Shown in pieces: positions 13,437-20,929 of a stretch of DNA of 26,295 nt (position 1 is the first letter of the stretch; each line of letters opens with the position of its first letter). The notes beneath the pieces are model-generated. The model had not been told where the DNA came from. It made no database searches and saw only the letters and a program-made list of their open reading frames with translations. A program made the position numbers and the translations under genes. The stretch lies in IMG/VR virus record IMGVR_UViG_2703718850_000007; one strand, written 5' to 3'. The DNA comes from a virus. Taxonomy: Duplodnaviria; Heunggongvirae; Uroviricota; Caudoviricetes.

Positions 13437-13607
13437 ATGTCAGAACGTAAAAACTCAAAATCACGCCGTAATTATCTCGTTAAATGTTCCTGCCCAAACT
13501 GCACCCAAGAGTCAGAACACAGTTTTTCAAGAGTACAAAAAGGTGCCCTTTTGATCTGCCCTCATTGCAACAAAGTATTCCAGACAAATCTTAAAGCTGT
13601 AGCCTGA
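13437..13607 (+). CDS. Small CxxC...CxxC zinc-ribbon protein (possibly the YnfU-type Qin small protein)
   Basis: 56 aa, MSERKNSKSRRNYLVKCSCPNCTQESEHSFSRVQKGALLICPHCNKVFQTNLKAVA; AGGAAAAG RBS 6 nt upstream. Confidence 0.45.
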   Translation: MSERKNSKSRRNYLVKCSCPNCTQESEHSFSRVQKGALLICPHCNKVFQTNLKAVA

Positions 13608-13664
13608 TTGATTTTATTAGTAACAAGTATTTTTTATATTTTAATAATATATTTAAAGCAGATA

Positions 13665-13690
13665 ATAAAAAACCCGCCTGAGCGGGTTTG
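13665..13690 (-). terminator. Intrinsic terminator (minus strand)
   Basis: Stem AACCCGC/GCGGGTT (13671-13688) with 4-nt loop, followed on the minus strand by a T-tract (complement of AAAAA at 13666-13670). Confidence 0.5.
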
Positions 13691-13970
13691 AGATTGTGGT
13701 GCTTTTTGTGGGAGTCATCCACTTACGCACTTTGTTTTGCCATGCCAGCAGTTAGCTTCTGCTGTAAAACTATTCATGCAGCAAACCTGCACTTCACCAC
13801 AATGGTTAGCATACTTTTCCTGATTAAGATTTTGCCAAATATGCTAGCCATTGTTTCATGTATTGGACCTCCTTACTTTTTATTAAAGAGATCCAATATT
13901 CACTACTCTGTCCGTATCTCTACTCAGGCATCAGCCTTCTTCGTTATCGTATACAGACGAGCGATGAATT

Positions 13971-14186
13971 TTAATCAGTAATGATGACATTTGCTGCTGC
14001 AGGACCTTTAGCACCACTCTCTATAGAGAAGGTAACCTTTTGACCTTCAAATAAGGTTCGATAATTATCATTCTGAATCGCAGAAAAATGCACAAACACA
14101 TCTTTACTACCATCAACAGGAGAAATAAAGCCGAAACCTTTATCAGCGTTAAACCATTTTACTAAACCAGTCATTTTATTTGACAT
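13971..14186 (-). CDS. cspB: Cold shock protein CspB
   Basis: 71 aa, [51 protein letters not shown]...; the upstream leader contains the GCCGAAAGGC box seen in cspA-type 5'UTRs. Confidence 0.95.
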   Translation of the reverse strand: MSNKMTGLVKWFNADKGFGFISPVDGSKDVFVHFSAIQNDNYRTLFEGQKVTFSIESGAKGPAAANVIITD

Positions 14187-14486
14187 TCTACATTCCTTAA
14201 CTTGAGCCTTTCGGCATAAATGGTTTGCATAACAGAAACGACTTCGTACTTAATTGGAGAGACTCAAAGAAGGAATAAGTGAATAACACCTGAAATGAGA
14301 ACTGCTTTAGTAAACTACTTCGTATATCGTCTGTTCTTCAAACCGACGCAATCATTAACGCATAGTTGAACATATGAAGCAATGTTTATTTTAGACATCC
14401 AGCCATCTTCAACCCCATCAAAAAACTATAGCTTTCTTCAGGAACGTGTGTATAGTGCGCCAAGTTATCAGTATTAAGGAATTTTT

Positions 14487-14699
14487 TTGTCCCGTAAAAT
14501 GACAGGAATTGTCAAAACCTTTGACGGCAAAAGCGGCAAGGGTCTTATCACCCCATCCGATGGTCGTATCGATGTCCAGCTTCATGTTTCAGCGCTCAAT
14601 CTCCGCGATGCAGAAGAAATTACCACCGGATTACGCGTGGAATTTTGCCGGATAAATGGTCTGCGTGGCCCTTCAGCTGCCAATGTTTACCTTTCATGA
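14487..14699 (+). CDS. cspF: Cold shock protein family member CspF
   Basis: 70 aa, [39 protein letters not shown]...; apparent TTG start at 14487 with AAGGA upstream (the in-frame ATG at 14499 lacks an SD). Confidence 0.85.
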
Positions 14700-14991
14700 G
14701 CTATATTAAAGCTTTAATTTCAGGCCCCATCGGATCACACATGGAGAGTTTTTATGAATAACCCCGTCTGTCTTGATGACTGGTTGATTGGCTTTAAAAG
14801 CTTATGCTGTACTTTGGCCGTAATAGCTCTGCTAATAATATAATAAGCAGACTCATTGTGTTTAGGGACATTGTACTGGAAGAAAACATTTTAAACATCA
14901 GGCAAATAACCAAGTCACCAGCTAAATAATAAGTTAACAGACATGAGTCCCGGGATGAGATTCAACATTACCATTGCCCCATTTAAAGCAC

Positions 14992-15027
14992 AAAACCCGC
15001 TCATCAGCGGGTTTTCTACTTTTTCTT
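14992..15027. terminator. Bidirectional intrinsic terminator; on the minus strand the tR'-like terminator of the late promoter
   Basis: Perfect 10-bp stem AAAACCCGCT/AGCGGGTTTT (14992-15015), loop CATC, flanked by T-runs in both reading directions. Confidence 0.7.
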
Positions 15028-15060
15028 AACGTCGGGTATACAAAGCCCATCGTTGAAAAA

Positions 15061-15089
15061 ATTTTATCCATATTTTTTGAAAAATGCAA
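15061..15089 (-). promoter_or_regulatory. PR'-like late promoter immediately downstream of Q (sigma70 -35 TTGCAT, 17 bp, -10 TAAAAT)
   Basis: On the minus strand, TTGCAT (complement of 15084-15089), a 17-bp spacer, then TAAAAT (complement of 15061-15066). Position between the Q stop (15121) and the terminator hairpin matches lambda PR'/qut/tR' architecture. Confidence 0.6.
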
Positions 15090-15120
15090 ACATCATGTCG
15101 CCATCTTCAGCAAAAATCAT

Positions 15121-15837
15121 TTATCTCGTCACCTTCCTCAATTGCGCTTCCGCGTATGCTTCTTCCTGCCAGCACTTTGTTACCAGTTTACCAATGACGT
15201 CCGCATACCCCTTATACCACTGATAATCGGTCAGGTCTGGTACCAGCTTCTGGACATGACGTCGTGCCAGCGTGGTCGGTAAACGACTAAACCGGTTTCC
15301 ATTACAACGCCCACAAATCTTATATACCGGTACGCCATGAAACCGGGTTCTTTTTTCATCCAGAACAATCCCTTTACCCTTACACCCTCTGCACGCTGTG
15401 CTGGCTTCGCCCTTACCATGGCAATGCTGACATAGTTCCTTCACCCATTCTTCCTTGATTACAGATTCCCCGCGTCTGTAGTGTTTCACCACTTCGCGCA
15501 ATACATTATAAAATCCCGTACCTGAACAATGCTCACAGCGAGCCTTACTTGCCGCAGACCTGGAGTAATCAGCAAAGGCAAAACTCACGAGGTAAGGAAT
15601 AATCTGTAACCGGATTTCTTCACTCAATTTGTTCAATGTCGGGTTATCCAGTGCCATCGCGTAATTTAGCAGGCCTTCAATCGCAAACTGAGGGTCCTGA
15701 ACACCAACTTTTGCCAGAAATAAGGCCAACCCAAGTGGTGCTTTCGACTTCACCATCCCCTGCGCTGCCATTTCAACGCACACAGCATAGAGGCCATCTT
15801 CACAAAAAATTTTACGCAGTTCTTCGATGTTCATCAT
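15121..15837 (-). CDS. quuQ: Late-gene antiterminator Q (Q82-like, zinc-binding)
   Basis: 238 aa with a Cys-rich zinc-finger region (CEHCSGTGFY...CQHCHGKGEASTACRGCKGKG...CGRCNGN) typical of Q-family antiterminators, directly upstream of the PR'-like promoter. Confidence 0.8.
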   Translation of the reverse strand: MMNIEELRKIFCEDGLYAVCVEMAAQGMVKSKAPLGLALFLAKVGVQDPQFAIEGLLNYAMALDNPTLNKLSEEIRLQIIPYLVSFAFADYSRSAASKARCEHCSGTGFYNVLREVVKHYRRGESVIKEEWVKELCQHCHGKGEASTACRGCKGKGIVLDEKRTRFHGVPVYKICGRCNGNRFSRLPTTLARRHVQKLVPDLTDYQWYKGYADVIGKLVTKCWQEEAYAEAQLRKVTR

Positions 15838-15957
15838 CAGAATCCTTCCGGATAATTAGCTCTCCCCTTTAAGGGACCATCCCTCTTATCCCTGCGCGCT
15901 ACTTAAGTATTTTTGATTCTATTCCGGCACCGTCCAGAACTTCAAACGCGTTGAAAA

Positions 15958-15985
15958 TAAAAACAAAAACCCGCCGAAGCGGGTT
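15958..15985 (-). terminator. Intrinsic terminator downstream of hokD (minus strand)
   Basis: Stem AACCCGC/GCGGGTT with 4-nt loop, followed on the minus strand by TTTTTGTTTTTATTTT. Confidence 0.7.
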
Positions 15986-16053
15986 AAGTGCGGGTGCGTT
16001 GAGGATGCCTGCCACATCAGAGGTGGCGAGGGATTTCTCCCCCGCCGGGTCTC

Positions 16054-16209
16054 TTACTCCTCAGGTTCGTAAGCTGTGAAGACAGCGACCTCCGTCTGGC
16101 CGGTTCGGATTCGTACCTCGCAGAGGTCTTTCCTCGTTACCAGTGCCGTCACTATGACGGTTAAACAGATGACGATCAGGGCGATTAACATCGCCTTTTG
16201 CTGCTTCAT
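16054..16209 (-). CDS. hokD: Hok-family type I toxin (RelF)
   Basis: Hand-translated 51 aa, MKQQKAMLIALIVICLTVIVTALVTRKDLCEVRIRTGQTEVAVFTAYEPEE; below the ORF-track length cut-off. Confidence 0.9.
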   Translation of the reverse strand: MKQQKAMLIALIVICLTVIVTALVTRKDLCEVRIRTGQTEVAVFTAYEPEE

Positions 16210-16280
16210 AGCCTGCTTCTCCTGTCAACGCAAAGCAGAAGTGTCACCTTCGGTGCGAAACAGAGATGTCATGCTTTGGT

Positions 16281-16568
16281 TCAGAGAATGCGTTTGACCG
16301 CCTCGCTATATACTTCCGAGCGTTCTCTTTTCCCAACAGAAATCACGAAAACGACAACTTTCTCGTCTATAACCTGGTATACAAGGCGATAGCCTGAAGA
16401 CCGGAGCTTAATCTTGTAACAATCAGGCATACCACGGAGCTTGTTTGCTTCAATCCGGGGTGACTCAAGTACTTCAACCAGCTTCTTTTTCAACTGTTCA
16501 CGTACCGTCGAGCCCAGCTTTCGCCATTCCTTTAGTGCCCGCTCGTCAAAATCCAGAAAATACGCCAT
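16281..16568 (-). CDS. relE: RelE mRNA interferase toxin
   Basis: 95 aa, MAYFLDFDERALKEWRKLGSTVREQLKKKLVEVLESPRIEANKLRGMPDCYKIKLRSSGYRLVYQVIDEKVVVFVISVGKRE... Confidence 0.95.
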   Translation of the reverse strand: MAYFLDFDERALKEWRKLGSTVREQLKKKLVEVLESPRIEANKLRGMPDCYKIKLRSSGYRLVYQVIDEKVVVFVISVGKRERSEVYSEAVKRIL

Positions 16569-16807
16569 CAGAGTTCATCCAGCGTCACACGTACTGGCTT
16601 AGGATTACGAAGCCGTTCTTTCACTATCTCCACAAGTTCAGCATCTTCATCACTCAGGAGTGTCTGTTTGAACGGCAAGCGTTCATTGTCAGCGATATAC
16701 TCGAGCATGAGACGAAGCGCTTCAGAAGGAGTTACACCCATTTTTTCAAGCGCGGCGTAAGAACGCGCTTTAAGTTCATCGTCAATACGCAGGTTAATGC
16801 TACCCAT
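16568..16807 (-). CDS. relB: RelB antitoxin
   Basis: 79 aa, MGSINLRIDDELKARSYAALEKMGVTPSEALRLMLEYIADNERLPF...; stop overlaps the relE start. Confidence 0.95.
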   Translation of the reverse strand: MGSINLRIDDELKARSYAALEKMGVTPSEALRLMLEYIADNERLPFKQTLLSDEDAELVEIVKERLRNPKPVRVTLDEL

Positions 16808-16870
16808 GTCTTACACCTCTTGTAATTACAAATGTCATTACAAGTATCGCACTACAACATGCTTAGGGCA
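16808..16870 (-). promoter_or_regulatory. relBE promoter/operator region (relO-like inverted hexad repeats)
   Basis: TTGTAATTACAAATGTCATTACAAG, inverted TTGTAAT/ATTACAA repeats directly upstream of the relB RBS. Confidence 0.6.
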
Positions 16871-17137
16871 AGTCACGAAGGAAGTCAGAAAGTAGTCGTA
16901 AGAACGGTGATCACTGTCCGCTTTGTGCCAGGAGCAGCCATTGCTAAGTCCATCCTGTATTGTGCAGGTCAGCTCGTTTTTAAAGAGTCCGGCCATCATC
17001 TTACTGGTACAGACACCATATACTTTGTGACGGTCAGGCTACATATGCACAACTCAACTTATTCATCTATTTTTTGCTTTAGCATGTCAGTGTTGCTTTC
17101 TCGTCGGCGGGTGAGCGGTGACCTGACCTGTCGATAA
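16832..17137 (+). CDS. Hypothetical 101-aa ORF divergent from relB (same position and length as I recall for annotated ydfV); coding status doubtful
   Basis: The ATG lies inside the relO operator, there is no clear SD, and the composition is low-complexity. Listed only because position and length match an annotated Qin ORF from memory. Confidence 0.25.
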   Translation: MSLQVSHYNMLRASHEGSQKVVVRTVITVRFVPGAAIAKSILYCAGQLVFKESGHHLTGTDTIYFVTVRLHMHNSTYSSIFCFSMSVLLSRRRVSGDLTCR

Positions 17138-17289
17138 AGGAACGTAACACGTTTTATGCAACACCCGCATGCGGCAGAAAATTATTGCCGAACGTTTACC
17201 CCTGTCAACAAGCTTTACTTTCTGAGGCGCGCCAGCCCGCGAGGAAAACAATCTGAACATCAAACAATTAATGACACAAGAAATACGAT

Positions 17290-17316
17290 TAAAGATTTTT
17301 TTGTGCATGCCGATAG
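17290..17316 (+). promoter_or_regulatory. Sigma-28 (FliA) class 3 flagellar promoter of flxA
   Basis: TAAAGATT, 11 bp, GCCGATAG, against consensus TAAAGTTT-N11-GCCGATAA; 24 bp upstream of the flxA ATG, which has AGGAG as RBS. Confidence 0.8.
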
Positions 17317-17339
17317 TGCTTTTTTAAAAGGAGAAATCT

Positions 17340-17672
17340 ATGTCTGTCACAATTCAGGGAAATACCTCAACCGTTATTTCAAACAACTCCGCCCCGGAAG
17401 GAACATCAGAAATAGCCAAAATCACAAGACAAATTCAGGTGCTGACTGAAAAGCTTGGGAAAATCTCATCGGAAGAGGGGATGACGACACAGCAGAAAAA
17501 AGAAATGGCTGCATTGGTACAGAAGCAAATTGAAAGCCTCTGGGCTCAACTGGAGCAGTTGTTAAGGCAGCAGGCAGAGAAAAAGAATGAAGACGCGACA
17601 GTTCAGCCTGATAAAAAAGAAGAGAAAAAAGACGATACAAATACCGCTGGCACCATTGATATTTACGTCTAA
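17340..17672 (+). CDS. flxA: FlxA, FliA-regulated protein
   Basis: 110 aa, MSVTIQGNTSTVISNNSAPEGTSEIAKITRQIQVLTEKLGKISSEEGMTTQQKKEMAALVQKQIESLWAQLEQLL... Confidence 0.9.
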   Translation: MSVTIQGNTSTVISNNSAPEGTSEIAKITRQIQVLTEKLGKISSEEGMTTQQKKEMAALVQKQIESLWAQLEQLLRQQAEKKNEDATVQPDKKEEKKDDTNTAGTIDIYV

Positions 17673-17686
17673 GTGACAGCCGTATT

Positions 17687-17718
17687 GTGGCCCTCATCGG
17701 GCCACTTTTCGCCATCAG
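17687..17718 (+). terminator. Probable flxA terminator (hairpin GTGGCCC/GGGCCAT with downstream T-run)
   Basis: GC-rich stem 17687-17705 followed after a short gap by CTTTTCTTT; the gap makes it weaker than a canonical terminator. Confidence 0.4.
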
Positions 17719-17749
17719 CCTTTTCTTTAAAGACATATTATCTTTGTAT

Positions 17750-19608
17750 CATTTCTGATAGTTAACATTACAAGATATAAGTAATGGACGCACTCCCAAT
17801 TAGTCTATTTAAATCGCCACGAGTTTAACTGACAACCCATGATCAATTATGAATTGCAACTATTTCTGTAGTCACTTTTGTGGGGACAGTCCACAAAACT
17901 GCCAACTTCCGCTTCTTGCTCTTAGCGGACATTAGCATAGGCTATTTACCATAACGCCTCATTACGCGCACCGCCCAGACTGACTCAGCGCGTTTCTGGC
18001 ATATCCCCGGTAAAACAAGTAACAAACCACCCGAAAATGAACACCAGAAACGCGACTTAAGAATCTACCCTATGAATGGATATGCACTCAACCGAATCGA
18101 TCTTGGTTTCAATCTTTTTTATCGGGATCAGGCTTCTTTTTAGGTAACTTCGGGGGCTTAACTTGCTGATGACTTTGCGTTCGGCGCGTAAGCCAGGGAT
18201 GGTCAGCTTTAGGTTTAACATAGTATTTTGAGCGTAAATCAATACGGGCATTATCCACTCGTTCATGGACACTCTTTTCATCATCCAGTGGTATAGGCTC
18301 CGGGCCATCAACATACTTTTCCCAGCCCAGCGCTTTCCCGTCATACAGAACGTTAATTTCACCGTCAAAGTTCTCGCATACAGTAACAACAGAATGCCTA
18401 AGTCGATATCCCCGGCCCTCACTGCGTACCTGAAACGCACTGCTTTTGTACTGGAAAGTGAGATTTTTAGACAGAACGCGCTTCGCCTGTAGGCTGAAGA
18501 TATAACCCAGTTCCTCTTCAGAATGGTGCACATCAAGATGAGCATTATCAGTAGTACGAGGCGACGTAGCGAACCGGTTGTTATAGGCTTCAATAAAGGT
18601 CGGCAACCATGCATTTGCTGTTTCAATATCACTGATATTCTGAAGCCGCATTTCTTTGACCAGCCTGTCCTGTAGTGTCTGATTGGCGCGCTCTACCCGC
18701 CCTTTTGCCTGCGGGCTGTTGGCATGGATTGGCTCGATGCCCAGTGTCTTTATCGCACGAGTGAACTGGGTCAGCTCACCTTCCCGCTCTGGGTTATTTA
18801 CCCTGAATATACTGTGTCTATCAGAGTAGAGAGCGAGCGGTACGCCATGATCATTAAGGTAACCCCGGAGGGTTTCCATGTAAGCCCGGGTTGTTTCAGC
18901 AGGCACAAAACGCAACGCCATCAACGCACTGGTGGCATCATCAATGAAAACGATCAGTGTACATCTGGGGCCTCGATTTTCAAACCAGTCATGAGGTGAG
19001 CCATCAATCTGGATCAGTTCACCGTAAGATGGTCGTCGCATGCGGCGTTGATATATACGGGCAATTTTACGACGGCGTTCACGCCATAACCCCTCTTCTA
19101 TCATCCACTTTCTGAGAGTTTCAACGGATAAAGATAAACCGTGTATCTCGCGCAATTTTTCGCACGCAAACGTAGGTCCAAAATCAGCGTAACGGCCTTT
19201 GAGGAGTGAAATTACTGTTGCTCTGAATTCAGTAGAAAAGGAATTATTAGGACGCTTTCCACGTCGGTGGGAAACCAGACCAGAAGGCCCTTCATTTCTA
19301 TACCGTTGCACCAGACGTTTAACCTGCCGAATAGAAATGCCAATGCGTGCCGCAGCTTGTTCCTGAATAATCTGAAGTCGGTGGAGTTCCTTATGACTCA
19401 TCGTAACAGTCTCTTTGATCATGAAAAATCCCCCAGAGAATTGTCTGGGGACATTTTAGAATGGTTCAAAGGGGACATTACAGCTTGGTGTTAACAATAG
19501 CCTGCTTCTCCGTGCCTTTCGGCACGTAAGAGGCTAACCTACATGTGTCTAGCATGAAATTGGCCTCAGATTAATGTTAAGCGTCTTGCAGGACGCGTAA
19601 TGTTAACT
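17750..19608. mobile_element. Insertion sequence carrying the single transposase gene; ends approximate
   Basis: A 12-bp perfect inverted repeat, AGTTAACATTAC (17750-17761) against GTAATGTTAACT (19597-19608), brackets the transposase gene. No target-site duplication was recognised, so the true termini are uncertain. Confidence 0.3.
18109..19422 (-). CDS. DDE transposase (rve integrase-core type, single-ORF IS; IS481/ISNCY-like, family not resolved)
   Basis: 437 aa; N-terminal HTH; DDE triad context IQIDGSPHDWF / LIVFIDDATS / PQAKGRVERANQTLQDRL; Lys/Pro-rich C-terminal tail. A 7-bp stem-loop (19431-19450) sits immediately upstream of the start codon. Confidence 0.85.
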   Translation of the reverse strand: MIKETVTMSHKELHRLQIIQEQAAARIGISIRQVKRLVQRYRNEGPSGLVSHRRGKRPNNSFSTEFRATVISLLKGRYADFGPTFACEKLREIHGLSLSVETLRKWMIEEGLWRERRRKIARIYQRRMRRPSYGELIQIDGSPHDWFENRGPRCTLIVFIDDATSALMALRFVPAETTRAYMETLRGYLNDHGVPLALYSDRHSIFRVNNPEREGELTQFTRAIKTLGIEPIHANSPQAKGRVERANQTLQDRLVKEMRLQNISDIETANAWLPTFIEAYNNRFATSPRTTDNAHLDVHHSEEELGYIFSLQAKRVLSKNLTFQYKSSAFQVRSEGRGYRLRHSVVTVCENFDGEINVLYDGKALGWEKYVDGPEPIPLDDEKSVHERVDNARIDLRSKYYVKPKADHPWLTRRTQSHQQVKPPKLPKKKPDPDKKD

Positions 19609-19756
19609 GGGGCTTTTCTCTATCTGCCGTTGGTGTCCATGCCCGAGGCAGATAGCCTCAAGCACCCGCAGTCATTCTACTTAACTAAGATTTCCCCGCA
19701 AACCGTTTTTGTCCAGCACAGTAAATATCCAACTAAACCAATGGAGTTCGCTGTAT

Positions 19757-19936
19757 TTACCGCCAGTATTCAATGCACATGACCGCCATGAACACCCCTA
19801 AAAAAAGGGCATTTATATATCCAAATATTAATATCAAAACATCAACTTTTTCCATATACCTTGCTGTGAAGATGATGGGCATACATGATGCGAACAACCA
19901 GAACGCAACAAACAAAAACTGCAATGCGTTTTTCAT
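19757..19936 (-). CDS. Hypothetical small two-TM membrane protein (59 aa)
   Basis: MKNALQFLFVAFWLFASCMPIIFTARYMEKVDVLILIFGYINALFLGVFMAVMCIEYWR; near-consensus RBS AGGAGG 5 nt upstream of the ATG; no family recognised. Confidence 0.5.
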   Translation of the reverse strand: MKNALQFLFVAFWLFASCMPIIFTARYMEKVDVLILIFGYINALFLGVFMAVMCIEYWR

Positions 19937-20190
19937 TATTCCTCCTACAATCAATGTGCAATTACATTTAAACACACCTCAATTTGGCCGGACATATAAA
20001 TATCTAAACCAGAAAAAATCACTTACATAGCGTTACAAACTCTTTAGTCTAAAGGTTCATCGTAAAACATTCCCCATACTTATCAGTCCGTTCCGCGCCA
20101 GGTAGCTCATTGCCTTATCTGGCAACCTGTAATCAGGTTTCCGCTTTTTCAGTTGGCTGGTCGTTTAACCGACATAGTTAATCCATTAAT

Positions 20191-20478
20191 CTAGTTGCCG
20201 GATGTTGGTGGATTTTCGCGTTTTAGTTGTTCATAAAAGTGCACAGCTTTAACCAGTTCTTCTGATGTAACTGGGACTGGTGAGGCAGTGAATAAGGCCT
20301 GAATTTGATAGTTCGGCCTGTCGTTACAATCCTCTTTTTTCGGTACATATTTCCAGTCACCAGACCACTACTTCCCCTGAAAGTCCGTAACGCCTTTTTT
20401 CACGTAGCGATATCGCCATGCCACTGGTTTTGCTTGCCCCGCCGTTTCATGCCCTTCCTGATAATTAATCTCGCTCAT
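20191..20478 (-). pseudogene. Hypothetical protein gene interrupted by an in-frame amber (TAG) codon at 20368-20370
   Basis: Hand-translation of the minus strand gives MSEINYQEGHETAGQAKPVAWRYRYVKKGVTDFQGK-TAG-WSGDWKYVPKKEDCNDRPNYQIQALFTASPVPVTSEELVKAVHFYEQLKRENPPTSGN, protein-like on both sides of the stop; it is transcribed divergently from ydfA. Confidence 0.45.
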
Positions 20479-20614
20479 TCATCGCCCCACTCATCACAAT
20501 ATGCTTCGACCGGAGTTTTTCCCGCTTCATAGTCATCACGCTAGGATTCGACATCAGCAGCACTTCCACCGCGTAACTCACCATACCCCAGCGTTAAGGG
20601 GAAATGAGGTCAGC

Positions 20615-20770
20615 ATGGATACTATCGATCTTGGCAACAACGAATCTCTGGTGTACGGCGTGTTTCCAAACCAGGACGGCACGTTCACCGCAATGACGTA
20701 TACCAAAAGCAAAACGTTTAAAACCGAAAATGGTGCCCGTCGCTGGCTGGAAAGAAACTCAGGTGAGTGA
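20615..20770 (+). CDS. ydfA: YdfA, first gene of the dicB operon
   Basis: 51 aa, MDTIDLGNNESLVYGVFPNQDGTFTAMTYTKSKTFKTENGARRWLERNSGE; GAGGT RBS. Confidence 0.8.
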   Translation: MDTIDLGNNESLVYGVFPNQDGTFTAMTYTKSKTFKTENGARRWLERNSGE

Positions 20771-20771
20771 T

Positions 20772-20900
20772 ATGGATTTCGACACAATCATGGAAAAGGC
20801 TTACGAAGAATACTTCGAAGGCCTTGCCGAAGGCGAAGAAGCTCTCAGCTTCAGTGAGTTTAAACAGGCGCTTTCCAGTTCGGCAAAATCTAACGGCTGA
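20772..20900 (+). CDS. ydfB: YdfB small acidic protein
   Basis: Hand-translated 42 aa, MDFDTIMEKAYEEYFEGLAEGEEALSFSEFKQALSSSAKSNG, starting 1 nt after the ydfA stop. Confidence 0.75.
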   Translation: MDFDTIMEKAYEEYFEGLAEGEEALSFSEFKQALSSSAKSNG

Positions 20901-20929
20901 TAAGCGAAACAGCACCGCGAGGAATCAGT

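Noticed and set aside
18057-18632. 191-aa minus-strand ORF overlapping the transposase 3' end
   Set aside because: Different frame of the same strand as the transposase; no independent RBS; the transposase frame is clearly the coding one (DDE motifs).
19447-19479. GGGGACATT direct repeats as IS inverted-repeat termini matching GGGGACAG at 17872-17879
   Set aside because: All copies are in the same orientation, so they cannot be terminal inverted repeats; retained only as possible subterminal binding repeats.
20305-20532. 75-aa plus-strand ORF
   Set aside because: Antisense to the amber-interrupted ORF and overlaps the ydfA upstream region; Pro/Arg/Phe-rich nonsense-like translation and no RBS.
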